Origin: Rhodothermales bacterium | Lineage (GTDB): Bacteria; Bacteroidota; Rhodothermia; Rhodothermales; VXPQ01 | Direction of reading: 5' to 3' | Assembly (NCBI GenBank): GCA_022821845.1 | Contig: JAJECT010000024.1 | Coordinates: 2,393-66,392, forward strand | Length of the DNA stretch: 64,000 nt | Shown: positions 49,146 to 59,558 of the stretch, piece by piece | Numbering within the stretch: the stretch's first letter is position 1 | How the letters are laid out: each line of letters begins with the position of its first letter | Position numbers and translations under genes: made by a program | The notes under the pieces: model-generated | Databases searched by the model: none | What the model was told of the DNA's origin: nothing | Seen by the model: the letters and a program-made list of their open reading frames with translations, nothing else

Positions 49146-51851
49146 ATGCTTGCGACCGCGCGTATTCTGCTTTTTTCCATACTGATCTTTTCGGCTCCCG
49201 CAAGCCGGGGTCAGACATACGCCCAGCCAGATCGTTCAGAGGACGCCTCCTCGGAAGATGCGGAGGCCCCGCGCAACCTTCTGCAAACCGTCACCGCCTC
49301 GGCGGCGACGGAGACCATACGGATCGACGGGCGGCTGGACGAGCCTGCATGGGAACGGGGCGCGCCCGCCGACCGGTTTTTCCAATCGGACCCCGACGAG
49401 GGAGCGCCCGCGACCGAACGCACCGAAGCCATCGTCCTGTACGATAGCGAAGCAATCTATGTCGGGGCCCGCCTCTTCGATAGCGCGCCGGACTCCATCG
49501 TCGCCCGCCTGGGCCGCCGCGACGCGGACCTGGAATCCGACTTTTTCGCGGTCGCCCTGGACCCGTACCGGGACCGCCGAAGCGGGTACTACTTTGGCCT
49601 GAACGCCGCCGGTACGCTGCACGACGGCGTATTCATGAACGACAACCACGACGATTCCGACTGGGATGGCGTATGGCAGGGGCGCGTACAGCGCACGTCG
49701 TACGGATGGACGGCCGAAATGCGCATCCCGTATTCGCAGCTGCGGTTCTACCAGCAGGACCAGTATGTATGGGGGATCAACTTCATGCGCGGCATTTCCC
49801 GTAAACAGGAACGCGCCTACCTCGCGTACACCCCCAGCGACGAAAGCGGGTTCGTAAGCCGGTTCCCGGAACTGGAAGGCATTCGGGATATTCGCCCGCG
49901 CCGCCAGTTGGAACTGATCCCGTACGTTACGTCCCGAGGCGACTACGATCAGGCGGTCGGCGAGGACGACCCGTTCAACGACGGCTCCGCGTACGCTCTG
50001 GACGGAGGCCTGGACATACGATACGCCCTGAACTCCAACCTGACGATGAACGCCACGGTAAATCCTGATTTCGGGCAGGTGGAAGTAGACCCCGCCGTTG
50101 TCAACCTGGGGGATTACGAAACGTACTTCTCGGAAAAACGTCCGTTCTTCGTGGAAGGCGCGTCCGTATTCGGCGATTTCGGACGGGGCGGCCCCAGTTT
50201 CAATGTGAATTTCCACAACGGCCCCTCCTTTTTCTACAGCCGCCGCATCGGGCGAGCGCCCACAGGCAGTTTGCCCGGCCATGCGTTTGCAGACGTCCCG
50301 GACGGTACGCGCATACTTGGCGCCGCCAAAATCGTGGGCAAACTGGCGGGCGACTGGAACGTAGGCGCCATGCAAGCGCTGACGGCTCGGGAACATGCCC
50401 GACTGCAAAGCGAATCCGGCGCGCAATCCGAAGCAGAAATAGAGCCGACCGCCTGGTACGGCGCATACCGCGCCCAGAAAGAATTCGCGGAGGGGCGCCA
50501 TGGCCTGGGCTTTTTGTCCACCGTCAACCAGCGGTTCTTTTCGGACGAGCGCCTCATGGACCAGATGAACAAACAGTCGCTGGTCTTCGGCATGGACGGG
50601 TGGACCTTCCTCGACGAGGAAAAAACCTGGGTGCTGAACGGTTCTGCGGGATGGTCCCGCGTGACAGGAACCGAAGCGCGGCTCCTGGACATTCAGCGAA
50701 GTTCGGTGCATTACTTCCAGCGCCCGGACAGAAAACATGTCCGCATCGACAGCGCGGCCACCTCCCTGAGCGGATGGACCGGGCGCATGGGCCTGACCAG
50801 GGAGCGCGGACGGTTGAGCGTCAATACGGCGGTCGAAGCCGTATCCCCTTCCTTTGACGTAAACGACGCGGGGTTCCAGTACAGTTCGGGGAACGTGAAT
50901 GGGCATGTCGCTACGGGATACAGCTGGAACGATCCCACCCGATTTACGCGAGACGCCTTTGTAATGGCTGCCCTCTTTCGCGGCGTCGACTACGACGGCA
51001 ACGTGTTCTCGTCGGGCGCGTTCTTTTTCGGCCGCGCGCTGTTTCCGAATTACTATTCGATGTTCGGACGCTTCTTCGCAAACCCGGAAACCGTAAATAC
51101 GCGGCGGACGCGGGGCGGCCCGCTGACGCTGCAACCAGGGGGATGGGGCATGGGCCTGAACGCGTACTCCGACCGGCGCAAGGCGTTCGTGTTCGGGCTT
51201 GAGGCAGACCTGGAGCGCAGGGGGTCCGGAAAGGAAACGGAACTGGGCGTAGACATCGAGTGGCAAGCCGCCTCGAACGTGGCCCTGTCCCTGAACCCGT
51301 CCGTCGAATGGACAACCAGCAAATCCCAATGGGTCGACGCGTTCGACGATCCGCTGGCCGACCGAACCTTCGGAAAACGCTACGTATTCGCCAATCTCGA
51401 CCAGATCACGCTGTCGTCCGCCGTACGGCTCAACTGGACATTCACCCCGGAACTGAGTTTCCAGCTGTACGCGCAGCCGCTCGTTTCCGTGGGCGACTAT
51501 TCAGAATACAAGGAACTGGCGCGCGCCCGGTCCTACGATTTCATACGCTACGGCGAAGAAGGCTCGACGTTCGACGAGGAAACGCGAACGGCAGACCCGG
51601 ACGGGCCCGGCGGACCCGCCCAAGCGTTCGAACTCCCCAATCGGGATTTCAACTTCGCCTCGCTCCGGGGAACGGCGGTGGCGCGCTGGGAATACCGGCC
51701 CGGCTCCACGCTGTATCTGGTCTGGACGCAGCAACGGTCCGACGCTACGGACGACCCGTACTTCGCATTCGGCTCGTCCTTCGACCAGTTGGCCGACGCG
51801 CCCACGAGAAACGTATTCGTGCTGAAAATGAACTGGTGGTTCAGTTCGTAA
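49146..51851 (+). CDS. CBM9-like/DUF5916-type outer-membrane protein
   Basis: Signal peptide. N-terminal IRIDGRLDEPAWERGAPADRFFQSDPDEGAPATERTEAIVLYDSEAIYVGARL is the pattern of the CBM9/DOMON-like domain fused to a large beta-barrel region (DUF5916 by memory). Confidence 0.8.
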   Translation: MLATARILLFSILIFSAPASRGQTYAQPDRSEDASSEDAEAPRNLLQTVTASAATETIRIDGRLDEPAWERGAPADRFFQSDPDEGAPATERTEAIVLYDSEAIYVGARLFDSAPDSIVARLGRRDADLESDFFAVALDPYRDRRSGYYFGLNAAGTLHDGVFMNDNHDDSDWDGVWQGRVQRTSYGWTAEMRIPYSQLRFYQQDQYVWGINFMRGISRKQERAYLAYTPSDESGFVSRFPELEGIRDIRPRRQLELIPYVTSRGDYDQAVGEDDPFNDGSAYALDGGLDIRYALNSNLTMNATVNPDFGQVEVDPAVVNLGDYETYFSEKRPFFVEGASVFGDFGRGGPSFNVNFHNGPSFFYSRRIGRAPTGSLPGHAFADVPDGTRILGAAKIVGKLAGDWNVGAMQALTAREHARLQSESGAQSEAEIEPTAWYGAYRAQKEFAEGRHGLGFLSTVNQRFFSDERLMDQMNKQSLVFGMDGWTFLDEEKTWVLNGSAGWSRVTGTEARLLDIQRSSVHYFQRPDRKHVRIDSAATSLSGWTGRMGLTRERGRLSVNTAVEAVSPSFDVNDAGFQYSSGNVNGHVATGYSWNDPTRFTRDAFVMAALFRGVDYDGNVFSSGAFFFGRALFPNYYSMFGRFFANPETVNTRRTRGGPLTLQPGGWGMGLNAYSDRRKAFVFGLEADLERRGSGKETELGVDIEWQAASNVALSLNPSVEWTTSKSQWVDAFDDPLADRTFGKRYVFANLDQITLSSAVRLNWTFTPELSFQLYAQPLVSVGDYSEYKELARARSYDFIRYGEEGSTFDEETRTADPDGPGGPAQAFELPNRDFNFASLRGTAVARWEYRPGSTLYLVWTQQRSDATDDPYFAFGSSFDQLADAPTRNVFVLKMNWWFSS

Positions 51852-51860
51852 GTATCTATC

Positions 51861-51908
51861 TATACATTTTTTGCATAATAAAGGGGTATTTTATGCAATT
51901 ACTGCATA
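51861..51908 (+). promoter_or_regulatory. two copies of the TATRC-N7-GCATA palindrome, 31 bp apart, upstream of the TPR gene
   Basis: TATACATTTTTTGCATA at 51861-51877 and TATGCAATTACTGCATA at 51892-51908. Same motif and same 31-bp period as the array at 62641..62790. Confidence 0.4.
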
Positions 51909-51936
51909 GATCCATCGTTTCCTCTGGAAATTCGGC

Positions 51937-53208
51937 ATGCGCCCGGCCCGGTTTCTTCGCCATATCTCCTGTTTTGCGCTCCTCGTCGCCACGGCGTGCA
52001 TCATTGCGGGCGGGTGCCGCTCTGGCGCAAACGAGGGCGACAAGCGAGCCGAGGCGCCCGCATCGGTCCCGGCGGTCATTCCCTTGTCCCCCGACGCAGA
52101 ACGCTTCGTGCGGGAGGCGCGGCGGGCGCTGGGCCGGCGGAATTACGCGCAGGGGCTTGCGTGGGCCGACAGCGCGATAACCCATGCGCCCTTTGCCCCC
52201 GACGGGCACTTCGTGCAGGGCCTGATCCGGTTCGAATTGGGACGCATGGACGAAGCCGAGGCATCGTATCGCGAGGCCCAGCGCATACAGGCCGATTACC
52301 CCGGCCTGGCCCACAACCTCGGCAATGTGGCGTTCGAACAGAAGCGGTACCGCGATGCCTTGGCTTACTACGTACGCGAAACAGAACGCAACCGCGACCC
52401 CAATCCATGGCACGGACTGGGCGCTACGTACGAAACGCTGGGCGACCCCGCCGAAGCGCGGGAAGCCTACGAACAGGCCCTTGTCGTCGATCCGAACTAC
52501 GCGCCCGCCCATGCCGCGCTGGCCGACTGGCACGAACGCGAGGGCGATTTCCCGACCGCGCTGGCCCACGCCGAAGCGGCGCTGGCGCTCGACAACAACC
52601 ACCTCGACTGGCGCTACAAGACAGGCGCCCTGCTGCGACGAACCGGACAACCCGCGGCGGCCCTGCCGCACTTGCGCGCCGTGCTGGACGCGCAGCCCTG
52701 GAATTACCAGGCCGCCTTCTCCCTGGGGCAGTCTCTGCGGGATCTGGGGCGCCTGGGCGAAGCAACCCGCGTGCTGGACCAGGGCAACCGGTTGCGCGCC
52801 GAGCAGCAGGACGTAGAACGCTACGGTCGCGAGGCCCGCCTTGCGCCGGAAAGTTTTCAGGGGTGGTTGACGTACGCCGACGCCCTGCGGCGTTCGGGGC
52901 GGCTTGCGGAAGCGCTGAACGCCTATCATGTCGCCCTCAGCCTGCGACCGAATAACCTGGCGCTGCAAGCCAACATCGCCACGCTCTATGCGCAAACAAA
53001 CCGGCCGGGCGAAGCCGAAGCGTTGTTTCGTCAGGTCCTGCGCGCGGATTCGACCCATGCCGAGGCGTGGGTAAACCTTGGCTTGCTGTATCTGCGGGCG
53101 GGAGACAGGGCCCAGGCGGACGCTGCGCTGCATCGCGCCTTTCGGTACGGCGAAGGGAATCCGGCGGTAGAGGGGGTTCGGGAGCGGCTCCAGCGGCCGC
53201 CGCAATAA
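51937..53208 (+). CDS. tetratricopeptide-repeat lipoprotein
   Basis: Lipobox IIAGGC. About ten TPR units (repeated A..Y..AL..DP....A pattern). Confidence 0.85.
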   Translation: MRPARFLRHISCFALLVATACIIAGGCRSGANEGDKRAEAPASVPAVIPLSPDAERFVREARRALGRRNYAQGLAWADSAITHAPFAPDGHFVQGLIRFELGRMDEAEASYREAQRIQADYPGLAHNLGNVAFEQKRYRDALAYYVRETERNRDPNPWHGLGATYETLGDPAEAREAYEQALVVDPNYAPAHAALADWHEREGDFPTALAHAEAALALDNNHLDWRYKTGALLRRTGQPAAALPHLRAVLDAQPWNYQAAFSLGQSLRDLGRLGEATRVLDQGNRLRAEQQDVERYGREARLAPESFQGWLTYADALRRSGRLAEALNAYHVALSLRPNNLALQANIATLYAQTNRPGEAEALFRQVLRADSTHAEAWVNLGLLYLRAGDRAQADAALHRAFRYGEGNPAVEGVRERLQRPPQ

Positions 53209-53220
53209 GGCCTCGGGACA

Positions 53221-53263
53221 ACAGGATACTCTGATCAAAGCCGCTTCGCTCAGCGTATCCTGT
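53221..53263. repeat. mini-derivative of the MITE (two termini only) forming a 13/14-bp hairpin between convergent genes
   Basis: ACAGGATACTCTGA...TCAGCGTATCCTGT. The sequence AGGATACTCTGATCAAAGCCGCTTCGCTCAGCG matches the left end of 11405..11666. Located between the stops at 53208 (+) and 53345 (-). Confidence 0.5.
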
Positions 53264-53344
53264 TGTATATAACCCCCATGCGGAAATCCGATCCGGCGCA
53301 GAGCGGTCGCAAGCCGGCGCGTCGTTTGCGGAAAGCCCGCCGCG

Positions 53345-55045
53345 TCATTCCCGGCCCAGCTGCATCATCTGCCGGAACAGCGTGCTGTCCGTGCGCACCG
53401 TAGCCCGCTCGTGCAAACGCTGAAGGAGGCGATATTCGTTGTAGCGCGGCGCCACGGCCCGCAGGAGCGAATCCCGTACGGCGTCGTCGTACACAGCGGC
53501 CGGCTCCGAGCGGCGGCGCTCCACGCGAACCAGCGCCCAGGCGCCGGAAGCCTGGCGGGCAAGCAGCGTCTGCGCAAGGGGCGCCTGCCGCACGGTCGCG
53601 GCCCATGCCGGCAAGTCGTCCAGGTTCGCTTCCGTATGCCGGACGTACCCTGCGTAGCGCGCCGCCCCGGACGGATCGGACGCGAGCAGGGCCTGCGCCG
53701 CTTCCGCCTCGGCCTGCGAGGCGAAGGGAACGATCCAGAAATCGGCGATCCAGCGGCGGCGGCGGGCGGCGGGGCTGCGATCGAAGGCAGCGCGGAGCTC
53801 CGTTTCGGGGAGGGCGACAGGCGGGTTGGCGCGCAGCGTATCGCGGATACGGCGCGTACGTTCGCGGCGGCCTTCGCGCGCCATTTCGTCGGCCACGGCG
53901 GGGTCGTTATCCAGCCCCCGCTCCAGACCCGCGCGAAAAAGCGCGTCGTTGCGCAAGGCGCGTCCCACAGAGGCGGCCGTCCGGGCGCTCGCTTCGGAAA
54001 ACGGCAGTTCGGGCAGCCAGAAATAATAATCGCCCGCCGTAAAAACCACGGTTTCGCCTTCGAAAAGGTAGGTGGCCAACGGCGTGTCCGGCGTAAGTTC
54101 GCTGCGTAGCGCCCGCAGGTCGGGGCGAGCCGTCTCCGGTTCGACGTCCAGCGCCACGGGGGCCGAGGCGGCGCGGTTTTCGAGGCGGCGCACGGCCTGC
54201 GCAAGGCTGCGGACGGCGGGCGCGTCCACCTGTACGTCCAGCCCCTCCATAAACGAGCGGACGAAGCGATCCCCTTCCAGCCGCCGCGTCCGAAGCGCCA
54301 CCTGCGACGCGAGGCCCTCCTTGCGATACTGGTATTCGGATTCCGTAACGATGGGCGTACTGGTCTTTTCTTCCGCCCGGACGATATGGTAGCCGTAGCG
54401 CGACCGAACCGGCGGCGATATTTCGCCGACGTCCAGCGCGAAGGCCGCTTCGGCAAAGGCGTCGTCCACCTGAAAATACCGGATGGGGCCCAGCATGCCC
54501 GCCGACGAATCGACGGCGGGGAGGTCGTAGCACCGGACGGCTTCTTCCAGAAAATCGCTGCCGACCAACAGGCGCGCATGGGCGGCTTCCGCCTCGGCCT
54601 GGTCGCGGTAAAAAAGATGCCGCGCCACCACATGCTGCTTCGACCGGACGAACGCCCGCCGCACCTCGGCGTCGTCCAGGGGGGGCAGGGTTTCGAGGAA
54701 GGCGGTTTCGAAGAAGCGCCCGCCGATGGCTTGCCGCCGCGTCCGCTCCATCAGGACTTGAAATGCGCTGTCGGCTCCGTAGTCGCGGCGGGCCGCTTCG
54801 TCCGCAAGGAGCGATGCGTCTACCCGCTGCGCAAGATGCAGGTAGCGGTTCTCGGGGGTGTCGTTTTGCCCCGTGGCCATGAGAAAAGCCACATAGGACG
54901 TCTCGAAATCCGCTACGGTAATCGGCGTTCCGTCCGCATTCGTCACCACGCGGTCGCGCTCGTCCGGCGGGACGTCGCCCCCGCAGGCCGCCAGACCCAA
55001 CGCGAGCAACGTCAAAAACGCCCGGCAAAACCCCCTGCACCGCAT
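53345..55045 (-). CDS. peptidyl-prolyl isomerase, SurA/PpiD-like lipoprotein (parvulin domain)
   Basis: Lipobox LGLAACGG. PPIC-type rotamase motif GEISPPVRSRYGYHIVRAEE. Flanking SurA_N-like helical regions. Confidence 0.8.
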   Translation of the reverse strand: MRCRGFCRAFLTLLALGLAACGGDVPPDERDRVVTNADGTPITVADFETSYVAFLMATGQNDTPENRYLHLAQRVDASLLADEAARRDYGADSAFQVLMERTRRQAIGGRFFETAFLETLPPLDDAEVRRAFVRSKQHVVARHLFYRDQAEAEAAHARLLVGSDFLEEAVRCYDLPAVDSSAGMLGPIRYFQVDDAFAEAAFALDVGEISPPVRSRYGYHIVRAEEKTSTPIVTESEYQYRKEGLASQVALRTRRLEGDRFVRSFMEGLDVQVDAPAVRSLAQAVRRLENRAASAPVALDVEPETARPDLRALRSELTPDTPLATYLFEGETVVFTAGDYYFWLPELPFSEASARTAASVGRALRNDALFRAGLERGLDNDPAVADEMAREGRRERTRRIRDTLRANPPVALPETELRAAFDRSPAARRRRWIADFWIVPFASQAEAEAAQALLASDPSGAARYAGYVRHTEANLDDLPAWAATVRQAPLAQTLLARQASGAWALVRVERRRSEPAAVYDDAVRDSLLRAVAPRYNEYRLLQRLHERATVRTDSTLFRQMMQLGRE

Positions 55046-55051
55046 GCGGCC

Positions 55052-56089
55052 CTAATAATAGATGCGCAGGTCGACCATCTGCGTGTCGCCCAGCATATCG
55101 AACGGAATATAGGCGAAATCGAACCCGAGCCGCACCGCGCTCACGCGCACGTCCAGCCCCAGGCCAAAGGTCAAGTGGCTGTCCACATTGTCGATGAACG
55201 CATCCTTGTATCCTGCGCGCAGGTCCAGATTGAACGTATTGGAGCCGTAATGAAGTTGCGCCCCCAGGTCGCCGTTGAGGCTGTTGTCGTTCCCCTGATT
55301 CGCGTCGGCGAGCAGTTGAAGTTCCGTATTGAACGCAAGGGGGATGGGCACCATGACGCCAAACTTGAACGCCAGCGGCAAGTCCCATCGGTCCATGTCG
55401 ATGCGCGCCGGAATATCGGGATTGTTGCCCGCCGTCGTCTCATCGATATCCACGAACACCTGCCCGTTGATCCCCTGCATCTGCATCTTGCTCCCGAAAT
55501 TCCGAATCGACGCGGCGATGTTCATGCCGTTCAGGTAGCGCGTTTCCAGAATGAAGCCGAAATCGAACGCCACGGCACTCGCGTCCATGTCGCGTATCTG
55601 CTGCCGGACGTACTTGACCGTGCCCCCGAAATAAAACGCCTGCGTAAGCGGCTGGGCATACGTCAGGCCCATGCTCATGTCGTTCGACGAAAACGTTTCG
55701 CCGGTCCCCTCCGGGAAAGCAACGGTGCGCACCTCCATGTCTCCGTAGTTGACCATGGCCATGCTGAGCCCGATGGCGCCGGTCCCAAGCACGGGGACGA
55801 CGACGCCCGCCGCGTTGTAGCGGATGTCGGCGAACCATTCGTAGTGCGTCAGAAACACGTTGCCCCGGTGGCTGCCCGCGTACGGACGCGCCGCGCCCGC
55901 CGGATTCCAGAATAGCGCGTCGCCGCCCGTGGCCATTGTGGTGTAGGCGTGGCCCAGCGCCTGGCCCCGCGCGCCCGCGCCCAGCGTCAAAAAGGGCGCC
56001 GCGGTGGTGCCGGACCGGCTTTGCGCAACAACGCTCGGCGCCGTGAGCAACAGCGCCAGCATGAGAGGCAAGATTCGTCGCATAAGCAT
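55052..56089 (-). CDS. PorV/PorQ-family outer-membrane beta-barrel (T9SS-associated)
   Basis: Start refined to MLMRRILPLMLALLLTAPSVVAQ (56089, or 56083). Signature TTAAPFLTLGAGARGQALGHAYTTMATGGDALFWNPAG. C-terminal ...DLRIYY. Confidence 0.8.
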   Translation of the reverse strand: MLMRRILPLMLALLLTAPSVVAQSRSGTTAAPFLTLGAGARGQALGHAYTTMATGGDALFWNPAGAARPYAGSHRGNVFLTHYEWFADIRYNAAGVVVPVLGTGAIGLSMAMVNYGDMEVRTVAFPEGTGETFSSNDMSMGLTYAQPLTQAFYFGGTVKYVRQQIRDMDASAVAFDFGFILETRYLNGMNIAASIRNFGSKMQMQGINGQVFVDIDETTAGNNPDIPARIDMDRWDLPLAFKFGVMVPIPLAFNTELQLLADANQGNDNSLNGDLGAQLHYGSNTFNLDLRAGYKDAFIDNVDSHLTFGLGLDVRVSAVRLGFDFAYIPFDMLGDTQMVDLRIYY

Positions 56090-56108
56090 TGGCGGGGCGC
56101 AAGGTCCC

Positions 56109-59100
56109 CTATTTAATGAGCGCAAACTTGCCCACGTGTTCCCCGATGCCGGGAGCCTCCACGTGAAATACGTACACGCCAAAGGCTACGTCCTGCTGGT
56201 CTTCCGTACGGAGGTCCCAGAACATGGCTCCGTCCGCAAGGAATCCGTCGTGCTCCAGCGTTTTTATGAGCTCGCCCCGGATGTTGAATATCCTGATGGT
56301 GCATTGCTGGGGCAGGTTGATGAACTGCACCCGGCGCTCGCCGCGGCCTTCGATCTGGGAGCGCGGCTCGTAGGCCGAGGCGCCCACGTACGGATTCGGG
56401 ACCACGGCGATATCCTCCAGTTCGTTCCGCGCCGCGTCGGCGTCGATGACGGACGGCTTGAGCGAGAACTGGAAAAAGTCGCCCGTGGCGAAGGGTCGGG
56501 TGACAGAGATGCGGAGCACGTCGCCCGGGCTGGGCGGCGTGGCGTTGGCCCCTGCGGAAAAGGAGACCCGGTAGCGGTAAAGCCGCGGACTTCTGCTATC
56601 CACGCGCTCGAATATGATCAGATCGTCCCCGGGATCGAACATCCTGTTTTCGTTCCGGTCCTCGATCAGCATGTCTGCAAGCCGCTTTTTGGTTGCATTG
56701 ACGGGAAAGATCGGGACCTCCTCGCGGAGGAAGCCGAACGCCCGCGGCGGACGATACAGCGAATCCGCGGGGTCTACCCAATGCAGTTCGTAGGTCCATG
56801 CCGAGGGCCTGTACGCCGCCGTGGTGTCTTCGCGGATATGGGCCACCCAGTCGGTCGAGAAACCGTCCAGCGTAGTGGGGTCCGGGTCAAGCAATTCGTT
56901 TGGCGATCCGGGGTTGGACACGTACCCCGTGCGTTCTTCGTCCAGCACCACGAGCGTGTCGTTGGCGAACGACACCGTGAATCCTTCGATGGGCGGCGAT
57001 ACGTCGCTAAATCGGGCCGGGCCGAAAACGACCTTCCCGTCCGAAAGACGCATAACCTGGTATCCCGTCGTATTGTACAGGTCCGGATTGTCCGGATCGG
57101 GGGAGTCGAAGAATTCAAGACGGTAGAAGGTGTCGAAATCGACCACTTCTTCCTGAAAAAGGCTGACCGAAATAGCGCCGGTGCCAATGCCGCCGTTCAC
57201 TTGCTCCAGCGTTTCGTTGGCTCCGCCGCCGACGTAGCCCGCCGGCAGGCTGCGCGGGATCACCACGGCGGCGTTTTTCGTGACGCCCGTAATGTTTCCG
57301 GCCTGCGTCGCGCTGATCCGGAACGTGTTTTCCTGCGGATCGATGCTGCCCACCCCCCGGTCGTACGCCACCAGCGCATAATAATACGTAAGTCCGTTCG
57401 TCACCTCTTCGTCCACATAGAAGAATTGCAAGCCGGTGTCGTCGCCCATGTAGTACACCGCATCGCCTTCCAGCACGGTCCTGGAGCCGGTGATGCCGTT
57501 TTTCAGGTCGAACTGGGCGATGGGTTCGAAGAAGGTGCCCTCGCCCGTAACGTCGGTGATGTTCCGGGCGTCGCTAAGCAACAGGTCCGTTCCCTTGTAG
57601 AGTTTGAAGCCCTCGAAGTCGAACTCCTGGGAAAACCGGTCGAAACTGGCTATGGCGAGCGTATCCCAGCTAAGCACCACGCGCCCGTCGCCCGGAACCG
57701 CCGTGAGCGTCGGGGTAAACGGCGGCTGCGCGAACGTGTAGTCGGCGTTGAAAATACTCTGCACCGTGCGGCGGTTCTTGAAAAAGTCGCGCTCGTCGGA
57801 GCCGAATATCCAGGCGGTGGAGAAAAAATCGGTGCGCTTCGGCGGAAGGTTGACCGGACCGGAGGAAAACATGAGAAACGGCTCGATATCCGCTTCGATC
57901 ACGTCCGGCGTGGTCCCGAGGGGGAACTGCGCCACGTTGAAGAGCCGATCCCACATCCATTCGTCGTCGCGCAGGTTGTCGCCGGATTCGTAGAAGGGGC
58001 GCGTTTGCAAGTCGAAGCCGGTGAGGCCCACCTGATCGGATTCGTCCACGTCCAGCTCGTCGAAATTGGGTTCCCCAAGGTTCGGGACGCCGTCCGCTTC
58101 GCCGGTGTCGGGGCCGGGATAGCCCAGATCGAACGGCCCCAGACCGTCGCGGCCTACGTCGTTGTTTATCTGTTCGCCCGTGTCCCACTGCCCGTTTTCG
58201 TTCGTATCCGAATAGCCCACCCAGTCCATGTTTTCGTCGCCCGTCCACCAGCGGCCCGCCCGGTACGCCGGGCGCATTTCGATAGGGCCGTTGGCGCGCA
58301 CGAAGTTGGCCACGTCCAGCGTCGCCGTGGCCGCGGCCAGGATTTCAGCCGATCCTTCGATAAGCATGCCCGCGCCGCCGAAACGCGACTCGTCGGTCAT
58401 GCCGTCCTCGTCGTTGTCCATGCCGTCGAAGGCGCGCGCCGGACTTTCCAGAAAGGCGAACCCCGTGTAGCCCAGGTCGTACGTCCCGCCCGACGCCCGC
58501 GTCCCGATGCCGTCCTGATCCCAACCGTACGCCACGTCCTGAATCGGATCGTACGCGCCGACTTCGTCCCCTTCCTCGTTGCCAAGGCCAAAGTCCATGA
58601 TCTGGGCGAAATACAGGCGGTCGTGCTCCGTCTCTCCCCGGTTGAAGAAACGGTACAGGATGAACATGATGTCTTCCGCAAGGATGTTCGCCCACTGGAA
58701 AATGCGCACCTGATTCAGCATGCCAAGGCCGCCTATCGTAGAATCGGACGGGCTTGGGTAATACACGCCGAACTCGCTGTTGGGATTTTTCGTGACGGGA
58801 TCGATGGCGTACTCCATGTCGGAGTGGTCGTCCATCACGTAATAACTTTCCAGGTCGGCGTTGAACACGCCCTTCCCGAAAAAGCCGTTCCACGCCGCCA
58901 CAGAGGGATCCTGGTCGATCTCGTCGTTGCGCCAGCCGGAATCGTCGGGACTATCGAGGCGGTCGGGCCAGAATACAGGCCACGACCCGGGATCGGAGCT
59001 GATGGCCGGCGTCGGGGTCCGGTTCATCGTAATGGGATCGAGGCGGTTGGGGTTGTTGAAACCCTCCAGCGGGAGCCAGCCCCAGAGTTCGCCCGTAGGC

Positions 59101-59522
59101 CCGGTCCGTTTGCCAAAGTCCCGGTAGGTGAGAATAAACGGATTCAGCGTGGTGTCGCCCCGCGCGCCCGCATAGAAGCCGCGGCTTTGCCATTTGAGCC
59201 GTTCGCCGGGCACCTGTCCAGCCACAATGGCGCCGATGCCGTCGATGTGCCGCCCCCCGATGCCCCTTGGCCAGACCCCCCACGGCAGGTCGTTCCATCG
59301 GGAAAGTTCGCCGTGGTTGCGAAAATTGGTTTCGATCAGGTTTCCGTCCAGGATGCCGCGCGCGATAAAGGTTTCGTTGCCGCGCAAATCGGCGGGGATG
59401 GCCTCGGCGTTCTGCGCCCGCGCCGCGTCCGCGCCAGCGAACCCGACCGCAACGAACGCCGCGGCGGCCAGGGCAAGCAGCCGCACAGGAGGCGTCGGAA
59501 ACAGGAAACGGAAAGCGTGCAT
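56109..59522 (-). CDS. very large secreted protein with Asp-rich Ca-binding (TSP3-like) repeats and a T9SS/FlgD-Ig-like C-terminal domain
   Basis: 1137 aa with a signal peptide ending ARAQN. DNDEDGMTDE and DTNENGQWDTGEQINNDVGRDG stretches. C-terminus IRIFNIRGELIKTLE...GVYVFHVEAPGIGEHVGKFALIK. Confidence 0.8.
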   Translation of the reverse strand: MHAFRFLFPTPPVRLLALAAAAFVAVGFAGADAARAQNAEAIPADLRGNETFIARGILDGNLIETNFRNHGELSRWNDLPWGVWPRGIGGRHIDGIGAIVAGQVPGERLKWQSRGFYAGARGDTTLNPFILTYRDFGKRTGPTGELWGWLPLEGFNNPNRLDPITMNRTPTPAISSDPGSWPVFWPDRLDSPDDSGWRNDEIDQDPSVAAWNGFFGKGVFNADLESYYVMDDHSDMEYAIDPVTKNPNSEFGVYYPSPSDSTIGGLGMLNQVRIFQWANILAEDIMFILYRFFNRGETEHDRLYFAQIMDFGLGNEEGDEVGAYDPIQDVAYGWDQDGIGTRASGGTYDLGYTGFAFLESPARAFDGMDNDEDGMTDESRFGGAGMLIEGSAEILAAATATLDVANFVRANGPIEMRPAYRAGRWWTGDENMDWVGYSDTNENGQWDTGEQINNDVGRDGLGPFDLGYPGPDTGEADGVPNLGEPNFDELDVDESDQVGLTGFDLQTRPFYESGDNLRDDEWMWDRLFNVAQFPLGTTPDVIEADIEPFLMFSSGPVNLPPKRTDFFSTAWIFGSDERDFFKNRRTVQSIFNADYTFAQPPFTPTLTAVPGDGRVVLSWDTLAIASFDRFSQEFDFEGFKLYKGTDLLLSDARNITDVTGEGTFFEPIAQFDLKNGITGSRTVLEGDAVYYMGDDTGLQFFYVDEEVTNGLTYYYALVAYDRGVGSIDPQENTFRISATQAGNITGVTKNAAVVIPRSLPAGYVGGGANETLEQVNGGIGTGAISVSLFQEEVVDFDTFYRLEFFDSPDPDNPDLYNTTGYQVMRLSDGKVVFGPARFSDVSPPIEGFTVSFANDTLVVLDEERTGYVSNPGSPNELLDPDPTTLDGFSTDWVAHIREDTTAAYRPSAWTYELHWVDPADSLYRPPRAFGFLREEVPIFPVNATKKRLADMLIEDRNENRMFDPGDDLIIFERVDSRSPRLYRYRVSFSAGANATPPSPGDVLRISVTRPFATGDFFQFSLKPSVIDADAARNELEDIAVVPNPYVGASAYEPRSQIEGRGERRVQFINLPQQCTIRIFNIRGELIKTLEHDGFLADGAMFWDLRTEDQQDVAFGVYVFHVEAPGIGEHVGKFALIK

Positions 59523-59558
59523 GATGGCGCAGGGCTCCGGCAGGCGTAGCGATTAGGC

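Noticed and set aside
56004-59549. 1181-aa plus-strand ORF, and likewise 59760..62471 (903 aa), 49236..51329 (697 aa), 13093..15051 (652 aa) and 11650..12957 (435 aa)
   Set aside because: All are antisense to genes with strong family signatures. Their translations are R/G/P/A/V-rich without recognisable domains.
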